From contig JAZDJS010000021.1 in NCBI GenBank assembly GCA_043803745.1, positions 25,357 through 89,356 on the forward strand: a stretch of 64,000 bases of DNA. The letters run 5' to 3'. A program made the translations under genes and the position numbers. Each line of letters starts with the position of its first letter. Within the stretch, counting starts at the first letter, position 1. This stretch comes from an archaeon. Lineage in GTDB: Archaea; SpSt-1190; DYHY01. The notes beneath the pieces are model-generated. The model had not been told where the DNA came from. It worked only from the letters and a program-made list of their open reading frames with translations, and did not search any database. This document shows positions 35,937-45,562 of this stretch, piece by piece.

Positions 35937-37834
35937 AGGTCCGTGAGCGGGGACGGATAAGGAAGGGCCTTGCGCCCGTTGCGATAATGCTGATCCTGCT
36001 TCTGACGCTTTCCATTGCCCTCTCGGCATGGCTTGTGATCAGCGGGCTCAATAACCAGGCAAAAACGCAGGCGGAAGCTGATGCCGCGGCGGCAAGGAAG
36101 AAAATATCGACGGGAATTGCAATTGACGGGATAGACAGCAACCGGCTTTTCATAAGGAATTCTGGCAAGGGAAGGATAAACGACGTAAGCGTTTATGTTG
36201 ACAACGTGCCAATAGAGATCGTCGAGCAGTTCAGGGGGCTTGACGCTGGGCAGAGCGGGGAAATCAGCCTTGAGAAGGCCCCCACTTTCGGGGACCACAG
36301 GATAAAGATAATTGCAAACTCGGCGGTCCAGGACGAAATAACAGTTTCCGGGCGGGCGCTCTCGGGATTTGACGCAAGAATCCCGATTAGGGTCACAAAC
36401 CAGTATCCGCGGGACTATCGCTCAGTCTGGGCTTTCGGAGGCTCCGGAAAGAATGTGACGATTTCAATCCCGGTTTCAAGCCGCACATCGGTGGTCCTTG
36501 ATTCCGAAGGGCTCGAATATCCGAGCAGGGTAAAGACGAGCTGGTATGACCCGGCGTGGAAAAAGCGCAGGCCGCTCGTTTTCTCGGACCTCTCCGGCGT
36601 CGGTTTCTCCGGGGAGCCGGTCGAATTCACGCTTTCCAGCCTCGCCCTTTCAACGGGGCGCTGCGAAGAAGTCAGGATTACCGATGATTCCGGGGCGCTC
36701 GTCAGGTCGGATTTCGTTTCCGGTTCCGGAGCAACGTGCAAATTCAGGATGCAGTTTTTCTCCCCTCCGAACGGGTCAACGAGATATTACGCATATTATG
36801 CGAATCCTACGGCGGAAATTCAGAATGCCGAAACCGGGATAAACGTCTCGGAAATGGGCGACCGGCTCTGCCTCGACAACGGGAAGCTTCTTGTCTGCCT
36901 TGGACTTGACAAGGGGGGCGTCTTGAACATTTCCGAGTCCGAAATGCAGAACCTGCTTGCCGAAAACGTCGGTCCGGACGGGAAATATTCCGGTCTTGCC
37001 CCTTCGGTGAAATACAAGGAGGGTTGGGACTACTCCGTCTGCTCGCCATACAGATTCAGCGAGTATGCAATCACGGAAGGCTCGAAGGATCATGCGGGAA
37101 AAACCAATTCAACGAGCGGCGCAAGCAAGAAAATCGGCGTGAAGGTTTCCTCGACAAGAACAATTGTGGAATACGTTTTCGGGACAACCTGCTCCGGCAC
37201 GGAATACCTGTACAAATACCTCCTTACGATTTACCCGGATACCCTCTTTTACGACATCGAAATCCAGAACCTCGCCCAGATTGATTTCGGGGGGAGCCTG
37301 CAGAACTTCTTCGCCCAGGCAAATTGGGCGAAGGTTTACCCGAGCGGGAACTCCGTTGTTGCCGACGGGAACTATTCCGCATACTGGAACGAAAAGATTC
37401 CAGACGGAACCGGCATAGGCGTTGTTGCGCTCGAGCTTTCCCCGCGGGCAATTGCCGGCTTCCTAAGACCGCCAAGCTTCATCGTTGTCGAGGATTCCGA
37501 ACCCCTTCAGGCCGGGACGATAATTTCCGCAAGGACGGTCCTTTCGAAGAACTACGCGGGTGCCGAGGAAACCCGGCGCGCCTTCATCAGAAGCCAGGGG
37601 GGTTACATAAATATTTCCGAGGGCGGCGACGAGGGCATCCCAGTAAACACGACTGCAACGGTTGATTTCGCGCTTGCGATCGACAAGGGCGCCTCCCGGA
37701 GCGTTTATTTCTATTACGCTGACAGGGGACCTGAGGGCGCTTCACGGGAAAAGCCGGAACATCCGAGTTCCATTTCCGGATATGCCCTGGAAGCCTCCTT
37801 GGTCGGAAAGGAAGAGCGCCTCTCTTCCAGGTGA
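35933..37834 (+). CDS. Archaellin/type IV pilin N-terminus protein with a DUF2341-like domain (paralogue)
   Basis: RKG|LAPVAIML, FIRNSG, WYDPAWKKRRPL..EVRITD..YYAYYANP. It shares TCSGTEY with the upstream gene. Confidence 0.75.
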   Translation: MKVRERGRIRKGLAPVAIMLILLLTLSIALSAWLVISGLNNQAKTQAEADAAAARKKISTGIAIDGIDSNRLFIRNSGKGRINDVSVYVDNVPIEIVEQFRGLDAGQSGEISLEKAPTFGDHRIKIIANSAVQDEITVSGRALSGFDARIPIRVTNQYPRDYRSVWAFGGSGKNVTISIPVSSRTSVVLDSEGLEYPSRVKTSWYDPAWKKRRPLVFSDLSGVGFSGEPVEFTLSSLALSTGRCEEVRITDDSGALVRSDFVSGSGATCKFRMQFFSPPNGSTRYYAYYANPTAEIQNAETGINVSEMGDRLCLDNGKLLVCLGLDKGGVLNISESEMQNLLAENVGPDGKYSGLAPSVKYKEGWDYSVCSPYRFSEYAITEGSKDHAGKTNSTSGASKKIGVKVSSTRTIVEYVFGTTCSGTEYLYKYLLTIYPDTLFYDIEIQNLAQIDFGGSLQNFFAQANWAKVYPSGNSVVADGNYSAYWNEKIPDGTGIGVVALELSPRAIAGFLRPPSFIVVEDSEPLQAGTIISARTVLSKNYAGAEETRRAFIRSQGGYINISEGGDEGIPVNTTATVDFALAIDKGASRSVYFYYADRGPEGASREKPEHPSSISGYALEASLVGKEERLSSR

Positions 37835-37839
37835 GCCAT

Positions 37840-38685
37840 TCAGAGTCCGGCGACTTTTTTCCTTGCGGCCTTCACCGCCTCGCCAAAGGCAAGAATCCCC
37901 TCCTCACAAACAATCCCCCTGACGAACTTTTTCGGGATGAAGTCAAATGCGGGATTCTCAAGGCGGGCGCCGTGAAGGTGGAAGCCGAGTTCGGAAACCG
38001 GCCTCTTCTCAATGTGGATTTTCCCGGTTTCGGCAAACTTGATTAACCCGAGGACTGCATAAAGGGGCTTTCCGTGCTCCCTTGCGGAAAGGGCTAGGAG
38101 GGACGTCCCTATTTTGTTGACGAATCCGTCCGGGAGGAGCGCGTCAGCTCCGACGAGCGCAATGTCGGCTTCGGGCATGAAATAATTCATCGCCGAATCA
38201 ACGAACATCGTCTGGCGGATTCCCCCGGAGACGAGGTCCCTGGCAGTGCGGTGACCCTGGTAGCGGGGGCGCGTTTCAGTGTGGAGGACAGAGAATCTCG
38301 TACCGCGCGCCCGTGCTTCCCTGAGAAGTGATGTGACTGAAGAGGCGTGGCAATGTGTGATTATCGTCGAACCGGGCTTTACGAGCGGGAGCCCCGACCG
38401 GACAATCCTGTCGGAATCGACCCCTATTTCGGAAAGGAGCTTGTCGCATTTCTTTTCGGGATTTCCCGAGCGAAGGACTGCGGAAAGGAGGTTCTGGAGG
38501 GCGGGCTCGGTTGGTCTCTGGGCGGCGAGGAGGGCTGCGCTCTTTTCAATCCCCGCTTTTCCCGGCTTCTCCGAAACAATGTAAAACCGCAGGGCTGAAA
38601 GGGCGCTCCGCGCAACGTTGATTGCGCCCTGGATTTGGAGGTCCCTTATCGCAATAGCGGTTTTCTCCACTTGGTTCGGTTTCAT
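37840..38685 (-). CDS. Ribose-1,5-bisphosphate isomerase (eIF2B-like)
   Basis: IQGA, RPTEPAL, THCHAS, ETRPRYQG, GADA, NKIGT and NPAFD motifs. Confidence 0.88.
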   Translation of the reverse strand: MKPNQVEKTAIAIRDLQIQGAINVARSALSALRFYIVSEKPGKAGIEKSAALLAAQRPTEPALQNLLSAVLRSGNPEKKCDKLLSEIGVDSDRIVRSGLPLVKPGSTIITHCHASSVTSLLREARARGTRFSVLHTETRPRYQGHRTARDLVSGGIRQTMFVDSAMNYFMPEADIALVGADALLPDGFVNKIGTSLLALSAREHGKPLYAVLGLIKFAETGKIHIEKRPVSELGFHLHGARLENPAFDFIPKKFVRGIVCEEGILAFGEAVKAARKKVAGL

Positions 38686-39602
38686 TTCGCATCATCAATC
38701 CTCTTCAAGGCGAGGATTCTTTTCGAGGTAAGGGGGTGACTCATGAAACCCTCGATGAAGGAAGATGGCTTTTCCCGCTCAAGAGCCTTCGAAAGCGCGC
38801 CGGAATCAAGGTCAAGATACTTTGCAAGGGCTTCCGGGGATTCCCCGGTGTTGTCCCCGATGTAAAGGCAGGAAACCGAATCGTTCGTGTCTCCCTTGCC
38901 AATGCCGTAGGAAATCTTGACGAGCGCTTTCGCAAGGTTCCTTCCCCCCGAAATTCCCGAGGCGAATTCGTCGGCGGAATACTCCCTAACGCGCGAAAGC
39001 CAAAGAACGAGGAATTGGCCTATGAACCGTGCAAGGAAGCCGCCTGCGAAAACGGCCAGGGAATTTCTCCGCTCCCTGTCCGAGGACCCCGAAAGCAGGA
39101 TTATTGCGGCATAGTAGAGGAGCACGGGGATTAGCGACGCGATTGTCATTATGACGACATCCCTGTGCTTGATGTGGCCAATTTCGTGGGCAATCACAGC
39201 CTCGGCCTCCTCCGGGGAAAGTTCCTTCAGAAGACCTGTGTGGAGGGCGATGCTTGAATCCGAGCGCGAACGGCCGAATGCGAAAGCGTTCGGAACGGGA
39301 CTCCTGACAATCAGGACTTTCGGGGGCTTTGGGAGGCCCGCTTTTTTCGAGAGGCGGGCTACCGTTTCGAATATTTTCGGCGCCTGGCTGCGGGTGATTT
39401 CCTCGGCGCCGGTAATCCATCTGATTATTCCCGGGGCGAAATACCACTGGGCGAAGCCTATCAGGATTGTGAAGACGAGAGAAAGGAGAATCGCCGAAAA
39501 CCCCGTTGTTCCGGAAAGGTAAAGGACGACCCCGAGAATTCCCGCAATTGCCCCGAAAAGCAGGACAATTGTGAAGTTCGCAACGGCTTCAAGTTTGCTC
39601 AT
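38682..39602 (-). CDS. htpX: Zinc metalloprotease HtpX (M48)
   Basis: PNAFAFG, AHEIGH, SRVREYSAD and SHP motifs. Confidence 0.93.
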   Translation of the reverse strand: MSKLEAVANFTIVLLFGAIAGILGVVLYLSGTTGFSAILLSLVFTILIGFAQWYFAPGIIRWITGAEEITRSQAPKIFETVARLSKKAGLPKPPKVLIVRSPVPNAFAFGRSRSDSSIALHTGLLKELSPEEAEAVIAHEIGHIKHRDVVIMTIASLIPVLLYYAAIILLSGSSDRERRNSLAVFAGGFLARFIGQFLVLWLSRVREYSADEFASGISGGRNLAKALVKISYGIGKGDTNDSVSCLYIGDNTGESPEALAKYLDLDSGALSKALEREKPSSFIEGFMSHPLTSKRILALKRIDDAK

Positions 39603-40168
39603 GCTATCGGGAGGCGCGGGCGGGTTTTAACGTTTTCTCCGGTGAAAAGCCAGACCTTGTAGGCGCCCTTCCTCCCCACGAGAATTCCCCGGGGGGGCTT
39701 TTCGTTCCTGTATAGGACGAAGAGCGCTTTCGAGTTTCCCAAGGCTGAGACGAGCTTCGCAAGCATTGCGCGTCGCCCGGAGTTTTTGGAAAAAAGGGCT
39801 GCTGCCAAGGCGCTCAGGAGGGGAAGTTTCCGAAGGGCGGAAAGTTCTCCTGCGGGCTTGCCAAGAAGAGGCGGGTTGAAAAGGACCCAGTCCGCTTTGG
39901 GGACTTTTGAAAGGAGGTCCGATTGAAAAAGGGGAATTTCCACTTTCCGCGCCCGGAAGTTCCTCTCGGCGGAGGAAATTGCGTCCGGGTCAATGTCGGA
40001 GGCTAGCACGCGCGCCCAGCCGGAGAGCTTCAGGTGAAGCGCAATGTAGCCGGTGCCGGTTCCAAGGTCGAGGATTGAAGAATCCCTGGGGATTATTTTC
40101 TTTGCTGTTTCCAGAAGGAGAAGGGAATCCGGACCGGGGGGGCTCGCCCTCGGGCCAGCCCTAATCAA
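39599..40168 (-). CDS. HemK/PrmC-like SAM-dependent methyltransferase
   Basis: PGPDSLLL, LDLGTGTG, SDL and FNPP motifs. The TTG start overlapping the HerA stop is inferred. Confidence 0.8.
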   Translation of the reverse strand: MIRAGPRASPPGPDSLLLLETAKKIIPRDSSILDLGTGTGYIALHLKLSGWARVLASDIDPDAISSAERNFRARKVEIPLFQSDLLSKVPKADWVLFNPPLLGKPAGELSALRKLPLLSALAAALFSKNSGRRAMLAKLVSALGNSKALFVLYRNEKPPRGILVGRKGAYKVWLFTGENVKTRPRLPIA

Positions 40169-41507
40169 CCCGCTTCCTTGTCTCAAGCTGGTCCTCATGC
40201 TCAATCTTGCCCATCAAAAGGGATGCCGACTCCCCGCCGTGCCAGGTGAGGCGCGGGCGCGTCCTGACTGCGTAAACCTTCTCGCTGTTGTCATCGAGGA
40301 GGACTGCCGAGCCCTTCACCCGCGGAAGCCCCGAGAGGTATTTCTCAAGGGTGAAAACCATGTAGTTGGCCATTATCTTGTTGAGCGCATCGATGTCCGG
40401 GAGGGAAGTCACGCGGTGGGCAAGCACAATGTCGCACTGGCTCATCACGTCGGTGTGGATTTTTCCCGGCTGCTGGGTCGCGATAACCAGGGTTAGCCCT
40501 GGCTGGCGCCCTTCCCGGATGACCTGGAGAAGCGGTTCGGTTGCCGGAGTTGAACCCTCCCGCGGAAGGACCTCGTGAGCTTCGTCAATGAAAATCCAGG
40601 TCATCGGGATTTCCTTTTCCCCCTCGTCCCGCTCGAGGAGGGGGTGTTTCGCCGCCGAAAGGGTTTTCACCTCCTCGGTTTTCCTCGAGCCGGTCCTTGC
40701 CTGGAAAATCTTCTTGGTGAGGAGCCCTATAACCAGCGCGCGGATTGACCATCCGCCAATCGAGGATGAATAGGGCGAAATGTCGAGGATGTTGATTTTC
40801 CCTGCCTTGATGATGTCCTTGAGCGGCGTGCCCTTCTCGTGGAAAAGCCCCCATTCAATTGCCGCGACAAGCTTGTTCTCAACCGCGAGCTTGACCGTCT
40901 GGTCAACCGTATCGTCGCGCCGGACGCATTCAACAATGTCCTCGATTGTGAACTCCTCCTTGTCCTCCCGGATTGCCTTGAGGGCGCGCTCGAGGAGAAC
41001 TCCCGGCATCGAGTTCTGGTCAAGCCCGAAAACCATTTCGAGGTCCTGGGCGGAAAGCTCGGAGGGCTTCAGGGCGAATGCGGTGTCAACGGGGATTCCT
41101 GCCTTTGTGAACCGCTCAACATGCCCAAAGGGGACTATCAGGTTAACGTCGGTAAGCGCCTTCCCCTCAAGGCCCCAGTTCTTCAGGATTGCTCCGTCCT
41201 TCATGTTCGGGTATTTCATTGTCCAGAAAATCCCCATAAGGTCGAATATCAGGACTGCGACCTGTTTCTTCAGCTTTTCCGGGAGAAAATTGATCTCCTC
41301 CGCAATAACCCCGAGGGTATAGGATTTGCCGGTTCCCCGTTTCCCGCAAATCAGCATTACGTGCGGGCGGGAAAGGTCCATGTAGACCTCCCCGGAAAGG
41401 TTGATCTCGTCGCCGGTCTTGACATAGTGTTTCCCGATGAATCCTGTTGCGTCAAAGCCGAACTTCTTGACATCCTCCTCGTCGCGCCCGATGAGTATTT
41501 CCCGCAT
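40161..41507 (-). CDS. HerA/FtsK-like DUF87 ATPase
   Basis: GKRGTGKS, IFIDEAH, REGRQPG and ATQQP motifs. Confidence 0.9.
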   Translation of the reverse strand: MREILIGRDEEDVKKFGFDATGFIGKHYVKTGDEINLSGEVYMDLSRPHVMLICGKRGTGKSYTLGVIAEEINFLPEKLKKQVAVLIFDLMGIFWTMKYPNMKDGAILKNWGLEGKALTDVNLIVPFGHVERFTKAGIPVDTAFALKPSELSAQDLEMVFGLDQNSMPGVLLERALKAIREDKEEFTIEDIVECVRRDDTVDQTVKLAVENKLVAAIEWGLFHEKGTPLKDIIKAGKINILDISPYSSSIGGWSIRALVIGLLTKKIFQARTGSRKTEEVKTLSAAKHPLLERDEGEKEIPMTWIFIDEAHEVLPREGSTPATEPLLQVIREGRQPGLTLVIATQQPGKIHTDVMSQCDIVLAHRVTSLPDIDALNKIMANYMVFTLEKYLSGLPRVKGSAVLLDDNSEKVYAVRTRPRLTWHGGESASLLMGKIEHEDQLETRKRVD

Positions 41508-41618
41508 TTCAGTGAAAATCCGCGGGCGGGATATTTAAGGATTCCAGGGAATGCTGCGGGGGGCCAGGAAAACCGCTCCAGCTTTTTTGAAGGGGGTTCA
41601 GTTACAGAGAGCTTCCGC

Positions 41619-42011
41619 TCAGACAGCTTCCAGCAAATTCAGGGGATGCGCTTCGATGGCCTTCTTTACGTCGTTCAAGGCAATCTGGCTGCTTGAATAT
41701 CCCAGGCCTCTTCCGTAGCTTTTGTTTTCCTCGGGGCGATCTCCCTGACCAACCGCCACACAATACGGTTCGTCTCTTGGAGTCCGGAGGATTGTGTCCG
41801 CAGTGAAGGCTAGGAAATCTGCATAGCTTCTGACGTTGGGCTCAACGGATATTGCGACTTGCCATATTCTTAGACGGGGCGGGGAATTTGTTCCGGAAAA
41901 GTCAACCGCGTCCCCGTCCTGATAATCCAGCAAACAGGCGAGCTTTGCAGCTTCCTCGACCGCGCCGGCTATTGCCCGTCCGTAAGCGGATTTTTTGGAT
42001 TTCTCAGGCAT
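41619..42011 (-). CDS. Hypothetical protein
   Basis: 130-aa ORF with TTTATAAA upstream. Confidence 0.6.
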   Translation of the reverse strand: MPEKSKKSAYGRAIAGAVEEAAKLACLLDYQDGDAVDFSGTNSPPRLRIWQVAISVEPNVRSYADFLAFTADTILRTPRDEPYCVAVGQGDRPEENKSYGRGLGYSSSQIALNDVKKAIEAHPLNLLEAV

Positions 42012-42120
42012 GCTTGGATGGAGAGGCAAGTTCACTATTTTATAAAAGCAATCTTTTTGGGAAAGTCTATTGACCACTTGGAAGGGATATATTTATAAGA
42101 GATGGCTGCGCATTCTTGGC

Positions 42121-42552
42121 GTGGGAGAATACGGCAAAAGGATTTCCTACCTTGAATACCGCTCGGAACCTGGGGCGCCGGATTCCCTTGGGCCGGATTC
42201 GGCAAGACTGATTGGCGGTCTGAAAGGAAGCGGGATTGTCCTGAACTGCGGGGAATTTCCTGAAACGTCTCCCTTTTGCGGGGAATTCAAAGCCCGGCTT
42301 TCGGCGGGAACGGAAATGCGGTTCAGTTTTCCGGAATATGAACTCGCTGAAGGCCCCGGAAGATATGAGCGGACAATAACCGTTGAAATAAATGCTAACG
42401 AACCCGGAGGGATCAAGCGGGCTGAGGCGCTGGTAAAAAGATATGCTGGAAACAAGCATGCCAAGCTGGAACCAATTCCTCTGGAAAGACCGGCAAAACT
42501 CGCTGCCCCGGTTCCGGTTCGACAGCCTAGTCGGCAGGCTTCCCTCTTCTGA
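42121..42552 (+). CDS. Hypothetical protein with a C-terminal QxxLF motif
   Basis: GTG start after TTTATAA; the protein ends in SRQASLF. Confidence 0.55.
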   Translation: MGEYGKRISYLEYRSEPGAPDSLGPDSARLIGGLKGSGIVLNCGEFPETSPFCGEFKARLSAGTEMRFSFPEYELAEGPGRYERTITVEINANEPGGIKRAEALVKRYAGNKHAKLEPIPLERPAKLAAPVPVRQPSRQASLF

Positions 42553-43618
42553 CGAATAGGCTTGCTAGTTTCAGATACTTCCCCTCCCAGGAAAGGAATG
42601 CATTCTTGTCAAGGAAAAAGACCAGGCAGCCGCCGAAAATGAGCCCGACCGAGTGAGGCCAAGGGGCTTCCGGGGTCCCCTCCCGGGTTTTCTCGGTCAC
42701 CGAAAGCTGGTATGCTTTCCGTTCTATTTCCCTCCGTTCGGTTGAAATCGTCTTCTTATCCCCGCTCGTCTCAAGGATGTCGCGGGAAATCAGCGTCATT
42801 TTCCGGGATTCGTCGGTAATGTTTCCGTCAAGGCGCGAGAGTTCCAGGAGGATTTCCTGCGCCTGGCTCGAATAGGCCGCCTCGCTGATTTTCCCGGAAG
42901 CCTTCTGCTCGTCAATAAGCTTGAGGCGTTCCTCGAGCTGGGCGCGGGTCTCCTGCTTCTCGGAAATTGTCCGGTTTATTTCGTTGCGCTCGGACGAAAG
43001 GTTCATTATTTTTTCCCAGAGGATCGAGTCAACCGTTGAAAGCACGTCCCGCTCAGCGGCAATCCTTTCGACGAACGCGGTTTCGACAGAGTCAACTGCC
43101 CTGACAACGATTGGAGCGAAAAGGTTTATTGCCGCGACGAAAAGCGTCATCGAGAGGAAGGGCCTGAGGACAACTGCGGCGCCTATCAGCCCGAATACCG
43201 CCCCGCTCGAGCCAATCAGGGTCTTCGTCGGGAAGAAAAGCAGGTTCACAAGACCCCCGAGAAAGCCGGAGGAAAGGAAAATCAGGAGGGTTTTCCAGCC
43301 GCCGATTCTCCTTTCGACAATTGTTCCGAATACAAGTAGGAGCATCCCGTCGACAAGAAGGTGGCTTGGCCAGAGATGGATGAACATGTATGTGAGGATG
43401 GACCAGGGAGCGTTGTAGTGGAGGCCGAGGGTTGCAAGAAAGTCATAGGAGGGGGAAACGAAGGGGAAGAAGCTCACCGAGAGATAGTAGATGAAAAGCG
43501 TTATTGAGAAAATGTATAGGGTGACCAGGGGGAGCCATTCCCGACCCGGAAGCTCCCGCTTCGGGGGGGCTGCTTTCGCCGAATTTCCGGAAGCGGCGCC
43601 GCGCCTTTTCTTCGGCAT
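42527..43618 (-). CDS. Rhomboid intramembrane serine protease with a coiled-coil insertion
   Basis: PWSILTYMFIH..HL, GSSGAVFG, and PHSVG (catalytic His) after a long hydrophilic insert. Confidence 0.85.
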   Translation of the reverse strand: MPKKRRGAASGNSAKAAPPKRELPGREWLPLVTLYIFSITLFIYYLSVSFFPFVSPSYDFLATLGLHYNAPWSILTYMFIHLWPSHLLVDGMLLLVFGTIVERRIGGWKTLLIFLSSGFLGGLVNLLFFPTKTLIGSSGAVFGLIGAAVVLRPFLSMTLFVAAINLFAPIVVRAVDSVETAFVERIAAERDVLSTVDSILWEKIMNLSSERNEINRTISEKQETRAQLEERLKLIDEQKASGKISEAAYSSQAQEILLELSRLDGNITDESRKMTLISRDILETSGDKKTISTERREIERKAYQLSVTEKTREGTPEAPWPHSVGLIFGGCLVFFLDKNAFLSWEGKYLKLASLFVRRGKPAD

Positions 43619-43636
43619 TTCAGTCAGTCCCGTGCT

Positions 43637-43843
43637 TTACTTGAGGGCGCCGCGCCTTTTCGCGCACTTGAAACACAGGTAAAGCTTCTGCGTAGGACGG
43701 TAATATTTCCCGATAAAGTTCTTCCCGCCCGTAAGCCCCTTGTCAATCATTGGCTTGTGCTGCACAATCGCCCTTGACTGGGGGATTCTTCTATGGCATG
43801 AATCGCAGGTAATCACCTTTTCGCTTCCTCTTGCTCCGCTCAT
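43637..43843 (-). CDS. rps26e: 30S ribosomal protein S26e
   Basis: RGSEKVITCDSCHRRIPQSRAI...YLCFKCAKRRG. Confidence 0.75.
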   Translation of the reverse strand: MSGARGSEKVITCDSCHRRIPQSRAIVQHKPMIDKGLTGGKNFIGKYYRPTQKLYLCFKCAKRRGALK

Positions 43844-43935
43844 TCCAGAAGCCTGTCCCGGCGGTTTTTAAAGAATTGGGTGCGGATTTCCGGGATAAAG
43901 CAAAGCTAGAAAAAGACCCACTTTCCAATGGGGAC

Positions 43936-44727
43936 ATGAGTCAGGAAATTCCATCTCGGATTCCATTGACTTTTTATGGAATTATCGGAAGCGATTCCGC
44001 TGCGCTAGAGGCTTGCCAGGCCTTTCTGGGGGAGCCCGTTTTGGAAGCGAAATATTCCGGGCATTCCGAGACTGGCAAGAACGTGCGTTTCTACGAGGCC
44101 AGGACAGAGAAGGGAATCCGCCGGGTTGCCTTGAAGATGTCCTCTGACCCGACATATGTCCCAATTGAAATCCTTGCCCTCGGGCTTGCCCGGCGCCTTG
44201 GAGCTAACACCTACCGCGCAGCTCCCTTGGTTGACGGTCTTCTGATGGAGCGGGTTGAAGGGGTTTTTTCACTTAACAAAATGGAGCTTGCCGCCGAATG
44301 GGCATATGAAATTGGGACGCAGATGCCTTACCTGCTCCTTCTGGGCGCTTTCGACTGGGGACGTTGCAACAACTTCATGATTAGCGGCGGGGAGAATAGA
44401 ACTCCCCGGAAAGCGACAAGGATTGATTATGATTCCAGCTTCGTCGGAGAGCCCCTCCCTCCGGAAGAAGAGCTTGCGCAGGAGGTAATTGGCTGCCTCA
44501 AGGTTCCCCAAGCGGCAATTGAAAGGTTCGAAGCGGGCTTCCGGGACGGAAAAGCGCAGGTTGTAAGGAATTGGTCGCCCGGAATATTCGAGTATATTGA
44601 TCGTTTCGCCGCAACTTATTCCGGAAATCAACCAGGCGGACCGGCTGCCCCCGATTTGGACTATGGGGCGATAAAATCAAATATCCAAGAAACCCTCCTC
44701 CGTTGGGGGGCTTCTGAAATCGGCTGA
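43936..44727 (+). CDS. PI3/4-kinase/HipA-like kinase-fold protein
   Basis: GHSETG loop, VALK, EILA, LLMERVEG, LLGAFD..NNFMI and RIDYD motifs. Confidence 0.6.
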   Translation: MSQEIPSRIPLTFYGIIGSDSAALEACQAFLGEPVLEAKYSGHSETGKNVRFYEARTEKGIRRVALKMSSDPTYVPIEILALGLARRLGANTYRAAPLVDGLLMERVEGVFSLNKMELAAEWAYEIGTQMPYLLLLGAFDWGRCNNFMISGGENRTPRKATRIDYDSSFVGEPLPPEEELAQEVIGCLKVPQAAIERFEAGFRDGKAQVVRNWSPGIFEYIDRFAATYSGNQPGGPAAPDLDYGAIKSNIQETLLRWGASEIG

Positions 44728-44795
44728 CCTGCTCCCAGACCCGTCTGAGTTCCCCAAGCGAAACGTTTATTACATAGAAATGATTAACTTCCCGA

Positions 44796-45470
44796 ATGGG
44801 AGGGGTTGCTGCTGCTGCTAGAGGCTTTTCCAAGGAAAGCGTCAAAATCCTCCTTGAAGCGTGCGGGCTTGAGTTTCCCCAGCCAGAGCCAAGACAAAGC
44901 GTTCCTTTTGAAAATGGGCTTGTCGTGACAACCGACATACGGGCCCTTGGCGGGACTTGTGAGGAAAAAAGGTCCCTCACGCTTTACCTAGTAACCGTTC
45001 TTCCGTTCGGTTTTCTTGGGCAGGGTTTCCTCGACGAGGAAAGGCGGCTGAAGAAAGCCGGAGCGGAAAGGCAAAAAGTTTCGGAAGCACTTGTGCGGAT
45101 GTTTTCCGACACATACGCAAGGACGGAAACTTTCCTTGTCGCGGAAGCAGGAAGTTTCGACGGGAAAAGAGGAATCTGCTTCTACAGGGATGTCGAGACG
45201 CCGGAAGGGGAACGCCTCATGGAAACTGTTGTTGATTACGGACCTCGGAGCCGTCTTGATTTCTCCCGGAAAGCTCCGATTGTTGCGGCAACCGCGAAAT
45301 ACCGGCTCGGTGCCTTTTACACTAATGCCGAAGCAACCGCGCAGGCGATAAGGGAAGCTGAAGCGACGACCCTTTTGCACGGGGCGGATGTGCTCAGGGC
45401 TCTCCGAGATTACAAGCAAGAGGAAGCCGGGATTGCCCTGGCCCTGATTGGACGGGCCGCAGTAGATTAA
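44796..45470 (+). CDS. Hypothetical protein
   Basis: 224-aa ORF with an ATG start. Confidence 0.6.
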   Translation: MGGVAAAARGFSKESVKILLEACGLEFPQPEPRQSVPFENGLVVTTDIRALGGTCEEKRSLTLYLVTVLPFGFLGQGFLDEERRLKKAGAERQKVSEALVRMFSDTYARTETFLVAEAGSFDGKRGICFYRDVETPEGERLMETVVDYGPRSRLDFSRKAPIVAATAKYRLGAFYTNAEATAQAIREAEATTLLHGADVLRALRDYKQEEAGIALALIGRAAVD

Positions 45471-45513
45471 TTCAAGTGTATTTTCTCGCAGGGACGGGGA
45501 GGAAAAATGAAAG

Positions 45514-45548
45514 AAGGCCCCCTGTTCTTAGGGGGCTTGTTTTCTTGT
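45514..45548. terminator. Bidirectional hairpin/T-tract terminator candidate
   Basis: GCCCCCT-GTTCTT-AGGGGGC with pyrimidine tracts on both strands, between convergent genes. Confidence 0.5.
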
Positions 45549-45562
45549 TCAGAGACCGAGAT

